In this document: positions 7,548 to 18,001 of the stretch, in pieces
Layout of the letters: each line of letters opens with the position of its first letter
Numbering within the stretch: the stretch's first letter is position 1
NCBI GenBank assembly: GCA_023433445.1
Contig: JAEZCS010000058.1
Span: forward strand, 885 to 64,884
Source: Pseudomonadota bacterium
GTDB taxonomy: Bacteria; Pseudomonadota; Alphaproteobacteria; Sphingomonadales; Sphingomonadaceae
Length of the DNA: 64,000 bases
Direction of reading: 5' to 3'
Program-made: the position numbers and the translations under genes
The notes under the pieces: model-generated
The model's database searches: none
The model's input: the letters and a program-made list of their open reading frames with translations, nothing else
What the model was told of the DNA's origin: nothing

Positions 7548-10433
7548 CTATCGCTCCAATCCGCGGTCGCGGCCGAGCCCGAGCCCCAGCTCGCGGCTCA
7601 GATTGCGTTCCTGCCTTATGCCGACCTCCAGCCCCAACTCACGGGCGCGACCTCGTAGCACTGCTTCCATCTGCGGATCGCGTTCGAGGCTCTTTGCCAT
7701 ATTTTCCATGATCTTAGAGGATTTTTCGCCTTCTGTCCTATTGCCAGCGCGGGAGTGCCGATCACGCTCTGCCCCCAGGCTCTGCCAGCGTTCCACGAAC
7801 CTGTCGGCGCGCAGATGCGGATCGGTCCGCACCCGTGCTTCCTGCGCCATGGCGACGAGCAGGGGACCGCTGCGCCCTGATACAGCGTCCCGGATCAAGG
7901 TGGGATTGTGCTCAATCGCTGCGCTCATGTCGCGCGATGCGCCAGGTTGGACTTGGTCGAGTGCGTCGCGTGCTTGTTCTAGAGCCACTTTCTGATGCTC
8001 GAGGATGGGCGCACCTCTCTCCTGCGCCCGGAATACGGCCTCTGTGGCCCGGGCCACACGCTCCACCGCCCGCGTCAGCGTCCGCTCCGCTGCAGCCGGC
8101 CCTGACATTGGTATGGAACCGCGCGACAGGCGCAGGCCGTCGAACATACCGCGCCGAGGCATGGTCTTGGGTTCATCCGGCACGCGGATCTCGCCCGACA
8201 GCCCGCGCAGACCGGCAAAGACGCGGCGCGCTTCGGCGGGATCCCGAGCGTAATCCGAGGCCATATCCTTGGCCCGCTCCCGGCCGAGCGTGCGCACAAG
8301 CTGGCGCTCCCCGGCGAAATCATCCCGGCCATAATGGAGCTGCACCCCGTCCCGATGCCGTGACAGCGCCACATAGGCCGAATGGCGGTCCAGGCCGGGA
8401 GTCGCCAGCACATGGGTGCGATCGACCGTCACCCCCTGCGATTTGTGGATGGTGGCGGCATAACCATGATCGACATGAGCATAATGTTTAAGGTCGAAGG
8501 CCACCGATCGCCCATCGTCGAGCCGCACCGCCATGCGCTCCGGCGAAACCTTCTCGACCGTCCCCAACGTACCGTTCTTCACGCCCAGGCTGCGCTCATT
8601 TTTGAGGAACATGATGCGGTCGCCGCTGGCGAAATCTCGTGCCCCCCGCTCGGCCGAGACGCTTACATCTGCGCCCAGTTCACCGCCATCGCGCAGCCGT
8701 TCGCGCGCGGCAAGATTAAGGTCTCGCACCTCGTCATTGGTGTGGGTGAGGATGATCCGGCTTTGATCCGGGTTGTCACGTCGCTGAACATCCCAACAGT
8801 CGATCAGCTCAGCGCGCGCCTGCTGACGCGTCTCGGCAGCATGCACCATGTCCTTCTGCTCATAGGCATGGAGGGCCTCGCCCGTGCGGCCCGTCGCCAG
8901 CGCCTTGGTCGCGTCCCGCTGCCACTCCTCACGTTGGCGGCGGATTTCGCCGATCTCGGCCCAGCCATGGCGCTCGGCCAAGCTGCGAAAGGCGGCGCCA
9001 GCCTCGATCGCCTGCAACTGCTGCGGGTCGCCCACCAGGACCACCTTCGCCCGGGCATCGGCGGCATGGGACAGTAGCCGCTCCATCTGGCGCGTGCCGA
9101 TCATCCCCGCCTCATCGACCACCAGCACGTCGCGTGCTGAAAGCTGATCGCGCCCCTTTTCCCACTGATATTCAAGGGCCGCTATCGTCCGCGAGGCAAT
9201 GCTGGAGCCAGCCTCCAGATTTTCCGCCGCAATGCCCGACAGCGCCACACCATGCACCTGGTAGCCGGCACGTTCCCAAGCCTCACGCGCCACCCCCAGC
9301 ATCGCCGATTTGCCCGTGCCCGCATAGCCGACGACGGAGGCCAGTCCGTCCCTGCCGGTGATATGCTCCAATGCTCCGCGCTGCTCGGTAGAGAGGACAA
9401 GCCCCTTCGCTTCGGCCGTCGCCAGCGCTTGGGTACGTTGCCGATCATCAAGGCCGTGGCGCGCTTGGCCGGCAAGCCGACCGGCAGCCGTTTCCAACCG
9501 CTGCTCCGCCGCGATCATGTCGCGGGATGTGAAGCGATCATTGCCCTTTCCGTCGGTCCCCAGCGCGACGATGTCCGGGCCAGAGCGCACCGCCCTCAAC
9601 GCCTCGTCAAACTGCGCCTTGCCGTCGCTATGCCGGTGCACGAACATGGCCAGATCACGCGTCGTGAAGGTCGCTTGCTGCCGTGTGATCGCGTCCAGCG
9701 CGATCGAGGGATTGGCGATGATCTTCTCGCCATTTTCCCGCGCAATCCGGACATGATCTTCGGCGCGCTCAGCATTCTCGCCCCGATCAAGCCGCCGCGC
9801 CCCCGCCGGTCCAATCTTGTGCTGCGGTTCAAGGTCGATACCCTGCGCGGCAAGCGTGCGATGATCGATCCGGGCATCGATATCAAGCGCAGCGAGACGC
9901 TCGTTCACATGGGCTTCCCATGCTTCGCGCCATTCCTTCAGCAGCTCCGTGCTGTTCCACTCGCGGACCTTCTTGCCAAAGCTGTCGGGCCCCACTTCGC
10001 GCATCGATAGCATGACATGCGCATGGGGCTTGGGCTGCCCGTCCTTGCCCATGTCCCAATGCACGTTGAGATCCGCAATCATGCCGCGCTTCACGAACTG
10101 CATTTCGACGAAATCCCGCGCCAACTGAACGCCCTGCGCCTGGTTCATCTCGCGCGGAATGGCGAACTCTACCTCGCGGGCAAGCTGTGCGTCCTTGCGC
10201 TTCTCTCCCGCCTCGACTTCGTTCCACAAGGTCGCGCGATCCGCCAAACGTTCTGGCGCCCCTTTAGGCAGCAGCACTTCGGAATGAACAACGCCCGCCT
10301 TATTCGAGAAATCATGGGCACGCCCAAGCCGCTCGTCGTGCAATTCCGACGCCGAACGATATGCGGCCGACGCCACTGCGCTCGACCCATTGGCGCGGCT
10401 GATGACTTTGGCCGAGAAGTGGTAGATCGCCAT
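7548..10433 (-). CDS. traA: Ti-type conjugative relaxase/helicase TraA (MobA/MobL relaxase + RecD-like helicase)
   Basis: The N-terminus MAIYHFSAKVISRANGSSAVASAAYRSA..HVMLS is the MobA/MobL relaxase, with a catalytic Tyr region and a His motif. The central part VVGYAGTGKSAMLG (Walker A) ..VLVVDEAGMIG ..VVLVGDPQQLQAIEAG.. ATIHKSQGVTVD gives the RecD/TraA helicase motifs. The start is set at MAIYHF (10433). Confidence 0.92.
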   Translation of the reverse strand: MAIYHFSAKVISRANGSSAVASAAYRSASELHDERLGRAHDFSNKAGVVHSEVLLPKGAPERLADRATLWNEVEAGEKRKDAQLAREVEFAIPREMNQAQGVQLARDFVEMQFVKRGMIADLNVHWDMGKDGQPKPHAHVMLSMREVGPDSFGKKVREWNSTELLKEWREAWEAHVNERLAALDIDARIDHRTLAAQGIDLEPQHKIGPAGARRLDRGENAERAEDHVRIARENGEKIIANPSIALDAITRQQATFTTRDLAMFVHRHSDGKAQFDEALRAVRSGPDIVALGTDGKGNDRFTSRDMIAAEQRLETAAGRLAGQARHGLDDRQRTQALATAEAKGLVLSTEQRGALEHITGRDGLASVVGYAGTGKSAMLGVAREAWERAGYQVHGVALSGIAAENLEAGSSIASRTIAALEYQWEKGRDQLSARDVLVVDEAGMIGTRQMERLLSHAADARAKVVLVGDPQQLQAIEAGAAFRSLAERHGWAEIGEIRRQREEWQRDATKALATGRTGEALHAYEQKDMVHAAETRQQARAELIDCWDVQRRDNPDQSRIILTHTNDEVRDLNLAARERLRDGGELGADVSVSAERGARDFASGDRIMFLKNERSLGVKNGTLGTVEKVSPERMAVRLDDGRSVAFDLKHYAHVDHGYAATIHKSQGVTVDRTHVLATPGLDRHSAYVALSRHRDGVQLHYGRDDFAGERQLVRTLGRERAKDMASDYARDPAEARRVFAGLRGLSGEIRVPDEPKTMPRRGMFDGLRLSRGSIPMSGPAAAERTLTRAVERVARATEAVFRAQERGAPILEHQKVALEQARDALDQVQPGASRDMSAAIEHNPTLIRDAVSGRSGPLLVAMAQEARVRTDPHLRADRFVERWQSLGAERDRHSRAGNRTEGEKSSKIMENMAKSLERDPQMEAVLRGRARELGLEVGIRQERNLSRELGLGLGRDRGLER

Positions 10434-10454
10434 ACTCAATGATTCTCGCACCTT

Positions 10455-10495
10455 AGCAGCACGTCGGCAACGACGTATAAGCGCGCACTCACACT
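10455..10495. other. candidate oriT (inverted repeat plus nick-region-like core)
   Basis: The perfect hairpin arms ACGTCG-gcaa-CGACGT (10461-10476) are followed directly by ATAAGCGCGCAC. The site lies in the traA / traC divergent intergenic region, the position and architecture of MobQ/Ti-type oriT sites. Confidence 0.5.
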
Positions 10496-10600
10496 CTCTA
10501 CCGCTCCTGTGACTGACTTCACCGCATTTTTAAGCGTGACCGATTCCCTCATAGTGAAGCGCTGATAGTCTCATGCTTTCAACTGGTTAGGGGAAAGCCC

Positions 10601-10849
10601 ATGCGCAAGGTGCGCGACTATGATGCGGAGCTAAAGACGCTGAATGACAAAGCGCGGGCTTTGAAGGCGAAGAAGGTGGAGCAGTTCGGCCAGCTTGTGA
10701 CAGTGACCGGCGCTGATACGCTTGATCTCGATGTGCTCGCCGGCGCCCTCATCGCAGCGGTGGAAACGCCGGACGCGGAAACAAGGGAGGCGTGGCGCGT
10801 GAAGGGCGCGGCATTCTTTCAACAGCGCGGGAAGAAAGCTCGCGCATGA
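10601..10849 (+). CDS. traC: conjugal transfer protein TraC (Ti-type Dtr accessory)
   Basis: 82 aa reading MRKVRDYDAELKTLNDKARALKAKKVEQFGQLVTVTGADTLD... Its size, sequence style and position divergent from traA across oriT match Ti-type traC. Confidence 0.7.
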   Translation: MRKVRDYDAELKTLNDKARALKAKKVEQFGQLVTVTGADTLDLDVLAGALIAAVETPDAETREAWRVKGAAFFQQRGKKARA

Positions 10850-10871
10850 GATTGGGGCAACCGGCAAGGCA

Positions 10872-11162
10872 ATGGGCCGAACGCAGCGTGCCCTCTGCCG
10901 TGCCGAAGCTGCTCAGCGCCGCACCGATGCGCGGGGGTGGGTGATGCGGCGTAGAGAGCGTACGCGTCACCTGATCGAGCTAGGCGGGCTTGTTCAGAAA
11001 GCGGGGCTGGTTGAACTGACTGACGATGATCGGGCAACGCTCTACGGGGCACTGCTCGATCTGGCCATGAAAGCGCGGGAGGATGGTAACCTTCTGGCGC
11101 TCTGGAAGCGGCGCGGCCACCGCGCATTCGATGCGGAAGCGGAACCGAGCGCGCCATGTTGA
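10872..11162 (+). CDS. traD: conjugal transfer protein TraD (Ti-type Dtr accessory)
   Basis: ..RRRERTRHLIELGGLVQKAGLVELTDDDRATLYGALLDLA.. matches the small TraD family motif (..R.TR..I.LGGLV.KAGL..). An alternative ATG lies at 10944. Confidence 0.7.
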   Translation: MGRTQRALCRAEAAQRRTDARGWVMRRRERTRHLIELGGLVQKAGLVELTDDDRATLYGALLDLAMKAREDGNLLALWKRRGHRAFDAEAEPSAPC

Positions 11163-11196
11163 TGCCCCCTCTGCTCAGGCGATTGAAGGAGACGGA

Positions 11197-12756
11197 ATGA
11201 TGGCAGGGCCGCTGGTCGGGGCTGAACGGGGTATCAGCGGCGGTTTCGCTGTCGTCGGCGGCATTATTGTTCTGATCGGCACGCAATGGCTGCTCGGCAA
11301 GCTGCTCCCGGAATCCATCGCCAGCACCATTGCTTGGGCCGCGCTGGTGGCCTTCGGTGTCGCGGTCTGGAGGTTCAACCAGCGGTTGCGCGGCAACACC
11401 CTACTCGGTTCGGCCGCCTTCGGATCGCGGGCCGATGTGCGCGGCCTGGAAAGCAATGGCGGCGATCTGCTCATCGGGCGATCGGCCAAGTCAGGCAAGC
11501 TGCTGCGCTATGACGGTCCCGCCCATCTCCTGACTATGGCTCCAACGCGCAGCGGCAAGGGCGTTGGCACCATCATCCCCAATCTGCTGACCCTCGACCG
11601 TTCGGTGATCTGCGTCGACCCCAAGGGCGAGAACGCCCGCGTCACCGCCAGGGCGCGCGCCACCAAGGGCAAGGTCTGGTGTCTCGACCCGTTCGAGGTT
11701 TCCGGGCAACCCCCTGCCCGCTACAATCCGCTCGACCGGCTCGATCCCACCAGCCTCGACCTGGCCGAAGATGCAATGACGCTGGCCGACGCCCTGGTCC
11801 ACGATCCAGCGGGACAAGGTAGCGATGCCCACTGGAACGAGGAAGCCAAGGCGCTGATCGCCGGGCTGATCCTCTATGCAGTCGTCCATGAGGAGCGCGA
11901 GCATCGTACCTTGGCGACCGTGCGCGACTATCTGACGCTGGCCCCGAAGGCGTTTGCCGATCTGCTCACCCTCATGCAGGACAGCCGCGGCGCCGGTGGT
12001 CTGATCGCCCGCGCCGCCAACCGCCAGCTCGGCAAGTCCGACCGCGAGGCCGCAGGGGTGTTATCCTCGGCCCAGCGGCACACCCATTTTCTCGACAGCC
12101 CCCGGATTGTCGCCAGCACATCGGCGTCGGACTTCACCTTTGCAGGGTTGAAAGAGGGGGTTTCCACGGTGTTTCTGTGCCTACCTCCTGACCGGCTCGA
12201 TGCCTATTCGCGCTGGTTGCGGCTGCTGGTCGCCCAGGCGCTCACCGACATGGCGCGCTCGCCCGCCAAAGCGGCGCGGCCTGTGCTGTTTCTGCTCGAT
12301 GAGTTTGCTGCCTTGGGCAGGCTCGAACCCGTCGAACGCGCTATGGGGCTGATGGCCGGATACGGGTTGCAGCTCTGGCCAATCCTGCAGGACATGCACC
12401 AGTTGCGCGCCCTCTATGGTGAGCGGGCGGGCACCTTCCTGTCGAACGCCGGGGTGTTTCAGGCGTTCGGGGTGAACGACCTCGCCACCGCCGAGCTGCT
12501 GTCCAAGACACTGGGGAAGGAAACCCTCGAATATCAGACGGCGGGCTATTCAAAGGCCAGCATGGTAGACGGCGGCAAGCTCACCCGCTCTGTCAACACG
12601 CAGATCAGCGCCCGCAACCTTATGAACGCTGACGAAGTCATGCGGATGCGGCCCACCGACCAACTGCTGATGCTCCAGGGGCAGGCTCCGTTGCTCGTGG
12701 AGAAGATCCGGTATTACGATCAACGTGAGTTTGTTGGGCTGGCAGATCCCAGCTAA
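11197..12756 (+). CDS. traG: type IV coupling protein TraG/VirD4
   Basis: Two N-terminal TM segments are followed by ..LLTMAPTRSGKGVGTIIPNLL (Walker A) ..VLFLLDEFAALGRLE (Walker B) ..LWPILQDMHQL... The start is set at the ATG at 11197, which follows GAAGGAGA; the track ORF starts at 11083 inside traD. Confidence 0.9.
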   Translation: MMAGPLVGAERGISGGFAVVGGIIVLIGTQWLLGKLLPESIASTIAWAALVAFGVAVWRFNQRLRGNTLLGSAAFGSRADVRGLESNGGDLLIGRSAKSGKLLRYDGPAHLLTMAPTRSGKGVGTIIPNLLTLDRSVICVDPKGENARVTARARATKGKVWCLDPFEVSGQPPARYNPLDRLDPTSLDLAEDAMTLADALVHDPAGQGSDAHWNEEAKALIAGLILYAVVHEEREHRTLATVRDYLTLAPKAFADLLTLMQDSRGAGGLIARAANRQLGKSDREAAGVLSSAQRHTHFLDSPRIVASTSASDFTFAGLKEGVSTVFLCLPPDRLDAYSRWLRLLVAQALTDMARSPAKAARPVLFLLDEFAALGRLEPVERAMGLMAGYGLQLWPILQDMHQLRALYGERAGTFLSNAGVFQAFGVNDLATAELLSKTLGKETLEYQTAGYSKASMVDGGKLTRSVNTQISARNLMNADEVMRMRPTDQLLMLQGQAPLLVEKIRYYDQREFVGLADPS

Positions 12757-12768
12757 GGCGCGATCCGA

Positions 12769-13110
12769 TCAGAACTTCGACGAAATATCCTCACGCATCG
12801 CGTCGATCATGAAGCGCCAAACATTCGCCGCATCGCTTTGATAGCCTGACTGCGATTCCTCTGGACCAACATATCGGATGACTTCGGCCCCTGCCTCCAT
12901 CATGCTCGGGCTTGGTTCATGGATCGCCTCTAGCACGGCGCGGACTTGCGGCGCATAGCTCTGCCACAAGGGCCTACCTTTGCGCTCCTCGTCCTCCTGG
13001 TATCCATCGAGCCTGCACAGGGCGCGGGCAGCGCGTTCCATCAGCGTCATGAGAGGAAGATTGCAGCGGCCCAGCAGTCCAGTCAAGGCCGGAGCAACTG
13101 CTCCATTCAC
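12769..13110 (-). CDS. hypothetical small protein
   Basis: 113-aa ORF with ordinary amino-acid composition. A likely later start is at MTLMERAARAL (13050). I recognise no domain. Confidence 0.4.
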   Translation of the reverse strand: MNGAVAPALTGLLGRCNLPLMTLMERAARALCRLDGYQEDEERKGRPLWQSYAPQVRAVLEAIHEPSPSMMEAGAEVIRYVGPEESQSGYQSDAANVWRFMIDAMREDISSKF

Positions 13111-13219
13111 ACGAGCTTGTCATATACTCGGCGCTCACCCTATCCGGCGTTCACCTTCGGCTCCAAAATGATCTGCGATCATGGAAAGGAAATCCGCAGG
13201 ATAGGCCTTGTTGTCCGGG

Positions 13220-14089
13220 TCAGGAGTCTGTCAATATTCCGCGCAAATAGCGGCCATAATCCGACTTGCCGAGCTTGCCGATAGTCTGTTCCAGTTCCGT
13301 CACGCCAATAAAGCCTTGCCGGAAGGCGACTTCCTCGGGACTGGCGATTTTGAAGCCCTGCCGTTTCTCCAGAACACGGACGAAATCAGCTGCATCGAGC
13401 ATGCTATCAGGCGTCCCTGTGTCCAGCCAAGCAAACCCGCGCCCCATTATCTCTACATTGAGCTGCCCACATTCCAGATAAGCGCGATTGACGTCGGTAA
13501 TCTCAAGCTCCCCACGCGCCGAAGGCTCCAGATTGGCGGCGATGTCCACCACACGCTCGTCATAGAAATAAAGGCCAGTGACCGCCCAACTGGATTGGGG
13601 CTGCGCTGGCTTTTCCTCAATCGAAACGGCTTTCATCGACGCGTCAAAGCTCACCACGCCATACCGCTCCGGATCTTGCACATGATAGGCGAAGATGCTC
13701 GCGCCTTCCTCGCGCGATGAGGCGTTGGCGAGTAGTTCGGGCAGGCCATGGCCATAATAGATGTTATCGCCAAGGATCAGTGCAGACTGCTGCCCGGCCA
13801 CGAAATCCGCCCCGATGATATAGGCCTGCGCTAGGCCGTCGGGGCTTGGCTGCTCGGCATATTCAAAGGTCATACCCCATTGCGATCCATCGCCTAACAG
13901 CACCTGGAAGGCAGGCAGATCGCGCGGGGTCGAAATGATCAGCACCTCACGGATGCCCGCCAGCATCAGCGTACTCAGCGGATAATAGATCATCGGCTTA
14001 TCATAGACCGACATCAGCTGCTTGGAGGTCGCCAGCGTCATCGGGTAAAGGCGGGTGCCGCTGCCACCGGCAAGGATGATACCCTTCAT
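13220..14089 (-). CDS. rmlA: glucose-1-phosphate thymidylyltransferase
   Basis: [55 protein letters not shown] is the canonical RmlA N-terminus. Confidence 0.95.
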   Translation of the reverse strand: MKGIILAGGSGTRLYPMTLATSKQLMSVYDKPMIYYPLSTLMLAGIREVLIISTPRDLPAFQVLLGDGSQWGMTFEYAEQPSPDGLAQAYIIGADFVAGQQSALILGDNIYYGHGLPELLANASSREEGASIFAYHVQDPERYGVVSFDASMKAVSIEEKPAQPQSSWAVTGLYFYDERVVDIAANLEPSARGELEITDVNRAYLECGQLNVEIMGRGFAWLDTGTPDSMLDAADFVRVLEKRQGFKIASPEEVAFRQGFIGVTELEQTIGKLGKSDYGRYLRGILTDS

Positions 14090-14114
14090 TTGTCGTTCCC
14101 TTTAGGTAATCAGG

Positions 14115-15005
14115 TCAGATCACTGCGGAGTGCAGGCGGGCCATCATGTCTTCGAGCGATTGGCGCCAGTCCGGCAAAATCACGCCATGGGCCTTGGCAA
14201 TCAGGCTACAGTCGAGCCGTGAATTGGCGGGCCGCTTGGCCGGGGTCGGATAGTCGGCGGTGATGATCCGTTTGACCCGAGCGGAAGGACCGCCCTGTGC
14301 AGCCGAAGCGGCGAAGATGGCCTCAGCAAAGTCCGCCCAGCTGGCTTCCCCACTAGCGGTCATGTGGAAGACGCCGCGCAGTTCAGGATAGCTATCGGCT
14401 ACCATATTGTTAGCGACCCGAATGATGCCGTCGGCGATGTCGAACGCGCTGGTTGGATTGCCGAGTTGATCGGCGACCACGGACACCTCATCCCGGTCAT
14501 CAGCCAAGCGCAGCATCGTCTTTACGAAGTTTGCGCCAAACGGGCTATAGACCCATGCCACGCGCAGGACCGCGCTGTTGTCACCATGGGCAGCCTGCAC
14601 GGCCTGCTCGCCCGCCAGCTTGGAGGCGCCATAGACCCCCGTCGGCCCGGTTAAATCGCTCTCCACATAAGGGCGGCCGAGCGTGCCGTCGAAAACATAG
14701 TCGGTCGAAATATGAACCAGCGGCACGCCCAGCGCCCTAGCCGCCTGCGCGACCGCGCCCGCACCCGCGCCGTTGACCGCGTGGGCAAGGTCGCTTTCGC
14801 TCTCCGCCTTGTCGACCGCCGTATAGGCCGCCGCGGAGACGATGGCGTCCGGCGCCGCAACCTCAAGCGCGCGTGCGACGGACGCCGGATCGGCGAGATC
14901 CAGCTCAGGCCGGCCCAACGCAATTACTTCATAGCCAGCAGCGGTTCCCCGCTCGATCAGGCTGGTGACGACCTGCCCCGCCTTGCCGGTGACCGCAATC
15001 CTCAC
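14115..15005 (-). CDS. rmlD: dTDP-4-dehydrorhamnose reductase
   Basis: [31 protein letters not shown]...[13 protein letters not shown] are RmlD motifs. The start is set at the GTG at 15005, giving a GTGA overlap with the rmlB stop; the track ORF extends to 15089. Confidence 0.9.
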   Translation of the reverse strand: MRIAVTGKAGQVVTSLIERGTAAGYEVIALGRPELDLADPASVARALEVAAPDAIVSAAAYTAVDKAESESDLAHAVNGAGAGAVAQAARALGVPLVHISTDYVFDGTLGRPYVESDLTGPTGVYGASKLAGEQAVQAAHGDNSAVLRVAWVYSPFGANFVKTMLRLADDRDEVSVVADQLGNPTSAFDIADGIIRVANNMVADSYPELRGVFHMTASGEASWADFAEAIFAASAAQGGPSARVKRIITADYPTPAKRPANSRLDCSLIAKAHGVILPDWRQSLEDMMARLHSAVI

Positions 15006-16075
15006 GCAGCCACTCCGGCAGGCGCAGGTGCGGCGTTCAGCCCCAGCCTCTGGCCGTCGTAACGATCCCGCAACGGCTTCCACCACCATTCATTGTCCAG
15101 GTACCAGCGCACCGTCTTTTCGATGCCCGTGTCGAAGTTTTCCTGCGCCCGCCAGCCCAGCTCGGTCTCCAGCTTGGTCGCATCGATCGCGTAGCGCGCA
15201 TCATGGCCAGGGCGGTCAGTGACAAACTCGATCAGTTCTTCGCGCGGGGCGTTGGCCGGAACCAGCTCATCCAGCACCGCGCAAATCCGGCGCACGACGT
15301 CGATATTGCGCCGTTCGTTTCGGCCACCGACATTATAGGTTTCGCCGGGCACGCCTTTCTCAATGATGAGGTCGAGCGCGCGGGCATGGTCGTCAACATA
15401 GAGCCAATCGCGCACATTCTCGCCCTTGCCGTAAACTGGCAGCGGACGGCCTGCGAGCGCGTTCAGAATGGTAAGCGGAATCAGCTTTTCGGGGAAATGG
15501 TAGGGGCCGTAATTGTTCGAGCAGTTCGACACGACCACCGGCAGGCCATAGGTCCGCTGCCACGCTTTAGCGAGATGGTCGGACGCGGCTTTGGAGGCAG
15601 AATAGGGCGAGCTGGGGTCGTAGGGCGTCGTTTCCTCGAACAGCCCTTCATCACCGAGCGAGCCGTACACTTCATCGGTTGAGACGTGCAGGAAACGAAA
15701 AGCGTCCTTAGCCTCCCCGGCTAGGCCGTTCCAATAGCAGCGCGCCGCCTCCAGCAAGGTGAAGCTGCCGACGACATTAGTCTGGATGAAATCGGCCGCT
15801 CCGGTGATCGACCGGTCGACATGGCTTTCCGCCGCCAGATGCATGATGCGGTCGGGCCGGAAGCTCGCGATCGCCTCATCCATTGCGGCACGATCGCAGA
15901 TATTGGCTTTGAGAAAGCGGTGGTTGGCCTTGCCCTCGACCGCCTTGAGCGAAGCTTCGCACCCGGCATAGGTGAGCGCGTCGATGGTGAGGACTTCATA
16001 GCCCTTCTCCCGCACCAAATAGCGGACGAGGGCCGAACCGATGAAGCCGGCGCCGCCGGTAACGATCGCGCGCAT
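15002..16075 (-). CDS. rmlB: dTDP-glucose 4,6-dehydratase
   Basis: [53 protein letters not shown] are textbook RmlB motifs. Confidence 0.95.
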   Translation of the reverse strand: MRAIVTGGAGFIGSALVRYLVREKGYEVLTIDALTYAGCEASLKAVEGKANHRFLKANICDRAAMDEAIASFRPDRIMHLAAESHVDRSITGAADFIQTNVVGSFTLLEAARCYWNGLAGEAKDAFRFLHVSTDEVYGSLGDEGLFEETTPYDPSSPYSASKAASDHLAKAWQRTYGLPVVVSNCSNNYGPYHFPEKLIPLTILNALAGRPLPVYGKGENVRDWLYVDDHARALDLIIEKGVPGETYNVGGRNERRNIDVVRRICAVLDELVPANAPREELIEFVTDRPGHDARYAIDATKLETELGWRAQENFDTGIEKTVRWYLDNEWWWKPLRDRYDGQRLGLNAAPAPAGVAA

Positions 16076-16079
16076 GGCG

Positions 16080-16643
16080 TCATTTCCCCCAAGTGAAATA
16101 GGCTGGAAGCTCCGCGAGCAGCGACTGCTGCCTGTCCTTCGGCGAAAGTGTATCGGGGTCAGCGACCTCGGGCCAGTCTATGCCAATCGTTGGATCGTCC
16201 CAGCGCAGCCCCTTGTCACATTCGGCGCTGTAATAGCCGGTCACCTTGTAACAAATGACCGTGTTGGGTTCGAGCGAACAGAAGCCATGTGCAAAGCCCG
16301 GCGGAATCCAGAGCTGCTTGCCATTGTCCGGGGTCAGCGTCTCTGCCACCCATTGCCCGAAAGTGGGTGAGCCCTGACGGATGTCGACAGCAACATCAAA
16401 CAGCGCGCCGGCAGTGCAGCGGACCAGTTTGCCTTGGGCGTACGGTTCGCTCTGGAAATGCAGGCCGCGGATAGTGCCCGGGCGGACGCTGCGGGATTCA
16501 TTGTCCTGGACGAAGGCCCAATCCCCGCAGCGCTGGGCGAACAGGTCGGTGCGAAAGGTTTCTGCGAAATAGCCGCGCTCGTCCCCGATATGGCGGGGGG
16601 TCAGGAGCTTGAGGCCAGCGATATTATAGGATTTCGTTTCCAC
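16080..16643 (-). CDS. rmlC: dTDP-4-dehydrorhamnose 3,5-epimerase
   Basis: ..[58 protein letters not shown].. is the RmlC cupin signature. Confidence 0.95.
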   Translation of the reverse strand: METKSYNIAGLKLLTPRHIGDERGYFAETFRTDLFAQRCGDWAFVQDNESRSVRPGTIRGLHFQSEPYAQGKLVRCTAGALFDVAVDIRQGSPTFGQWVAETLTPDNGKQLWIPPGFAHGFCSLEPNTVICYKVTGYYSAECDKGLRWDDPTIGIDWPEVADPDTLSPKDRQQSLLAELPAYFTWGK

Positions 16644-16686
16644 CTGCTCACTTCATTCGGGACGGCTCTTCGCCATGATCCCACTG

Positions 16687-17823
16687 CTATTTCACCGCCT
16701 GTACTGCAGCAGTAACGGTCAAGACCGGAGAAAATAATTGGCTTATCAGCTGAATAAGCTTGCTGGGCTGGTTGGCTGCCGCATTGCCGAAGTAAAGAAC
16801 ATCCTTGTCCCGCATCGCAAACCGCTGAGCAAGGAAATAAGATCCTGTTTTCATCATGTTAAGATGATAAACCTTTGGAACTTCATTACCTTGCTCGTCC
16901 CGGACATAGCGGAACACGAAGATCGCGGCAGGATTGCCAACGTTGGGATTAGTGCCACCCGCGGTAGCTATCGCCTCCGCAAGAGAAACCGTCGAACGAC
17001 GGAATGGAACCTGTTCCGCCCGTCCGGAAGCCCCTAGAATGGAAAAAGTACGAGGGTCATCGATCAACATAAGCCGATCACCGGGATAGGCCCTTATGTC
17101 CAGCTTAGGATTTTCGATAAGATCATTGATCCGAATATCGACGCTTTGCCCACCCCGGACAATCCGGAGTAACAAATCCTTGGCTTCCCCGCGATACCCC
17201 CCCGCAAGGGCGATCACATCGGAAAGCGTCTCCCGGTTCGTCTGCAATACGAGACGGCCCGGCCTTGCCACGTCTCCCCCGACGATAATCGAATTGGTGA
17301 TGGCTTGGCTTAGCGTCACGATCACCTGCGGGTTTTGCGATAGGCGCGCCAGCGAGTTGCGGATCATCGCCTCAACCTCACCGGTGGTGATCCCCGCCAC
17401 ATGAAGCACGCCAGCATAGGGGATGGTAATGTCACCCAGATCATCAACGCGAGTTGGCGGTAGCTTCTGAACCTGCACGCCCGGGTTTACACCCACTTGG
17501 CTTATCGCTCCAGCACTGCTCCCGTTCGCAAACAGAGTGACACCTGCTTCATAGATGCTGATGTCTAGAACGTCGCCTGGCCCAATCATGTCCGTCGGCG
17601 GAGGCGCAAGGTCAGGCAGCAAGGCAGTCGGCACCGCATTGGTTCCAAAATTGGGCATATCTGCGATCGTCTTGATCGGGACAATATGAATGGGCGGCGA
17701 CCCATCTTTAGGGGATATCGCCGTTTTCTCGATCTGACCACCCGTAGGACCACTGGACGGGAGCGTAGCGCAACCAGCGAGTCCTGCGAGCAGGGTCAGA
17801 TAAACGATATTCTTGATTTGCAT
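16687..17823 (-). CDS. outer-membrane polysaccharide export lipoprotein (OPX, Wza/KpsD family)
   Basis: A lipobox (LLAGLAGC) is followed by the Poly_export motif IGPGDVLDISIYE and by SLBB-like repeats. Confidence 0.85.
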   Translation of the reverse strand: MQIKNIVYLTLLAGLAGCATLPSSGPTGGQIEKTAISPKDGSPPIHIVPIKTIADMPNFGTNAVPTALLPDLAPPPTDMIGPGDVLDISIYEAGVTLFANGSSAGAISQVGVNPGVQVQKLPPTRVDDLGDITIPYAGVLHVAGITTGEVEAMIRNSLARLSQNPQVIVTLSQAITNSIIVGGDVARPGRLVLQTNRETLSDVIALAGGYRGEAKDLLLRIVRGGQSVDIRINDLIENPKLDIRAYPGDRLMLIDDPRTFSILGASGRAEQVPFRRSTVSLAEAIATAGGTNPNVGNPAAIFVFRYVRDEQGNEVPKVYHLNMMKTGSYFLAQRFAMRDKDVLYFGNAAANQPSKLIQLISQLFSPVLTVTAAVQAVK

Positions 17824-18001
17824 CGCTAATGAACTCGGAGACTTGCAGCTTCGACGGCCGTCGCCTTAGCATCGAGATTCAAGAATGGACAATAGTTCCT
17901 CTTGCGATTGCGCCGCCATCACCGCTTGGCCTTGCGCCCTGTCGCATGTTCGCCTAGCGCAAGAACGGTTGTGCCACTCTTAAAGCGCTGCATAGATATT
18001 T

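Noticed and set aside
6991-7995. 334-aa plus-strand ORF
   Set aside because: It lies antisense to the DUF6118-like gene and the 3' end of traA. The Arg/Pro/Ala/Ser-rich composition is typical of an off-frame reading of GC-rich coding DNA, and I recognise no motifs.
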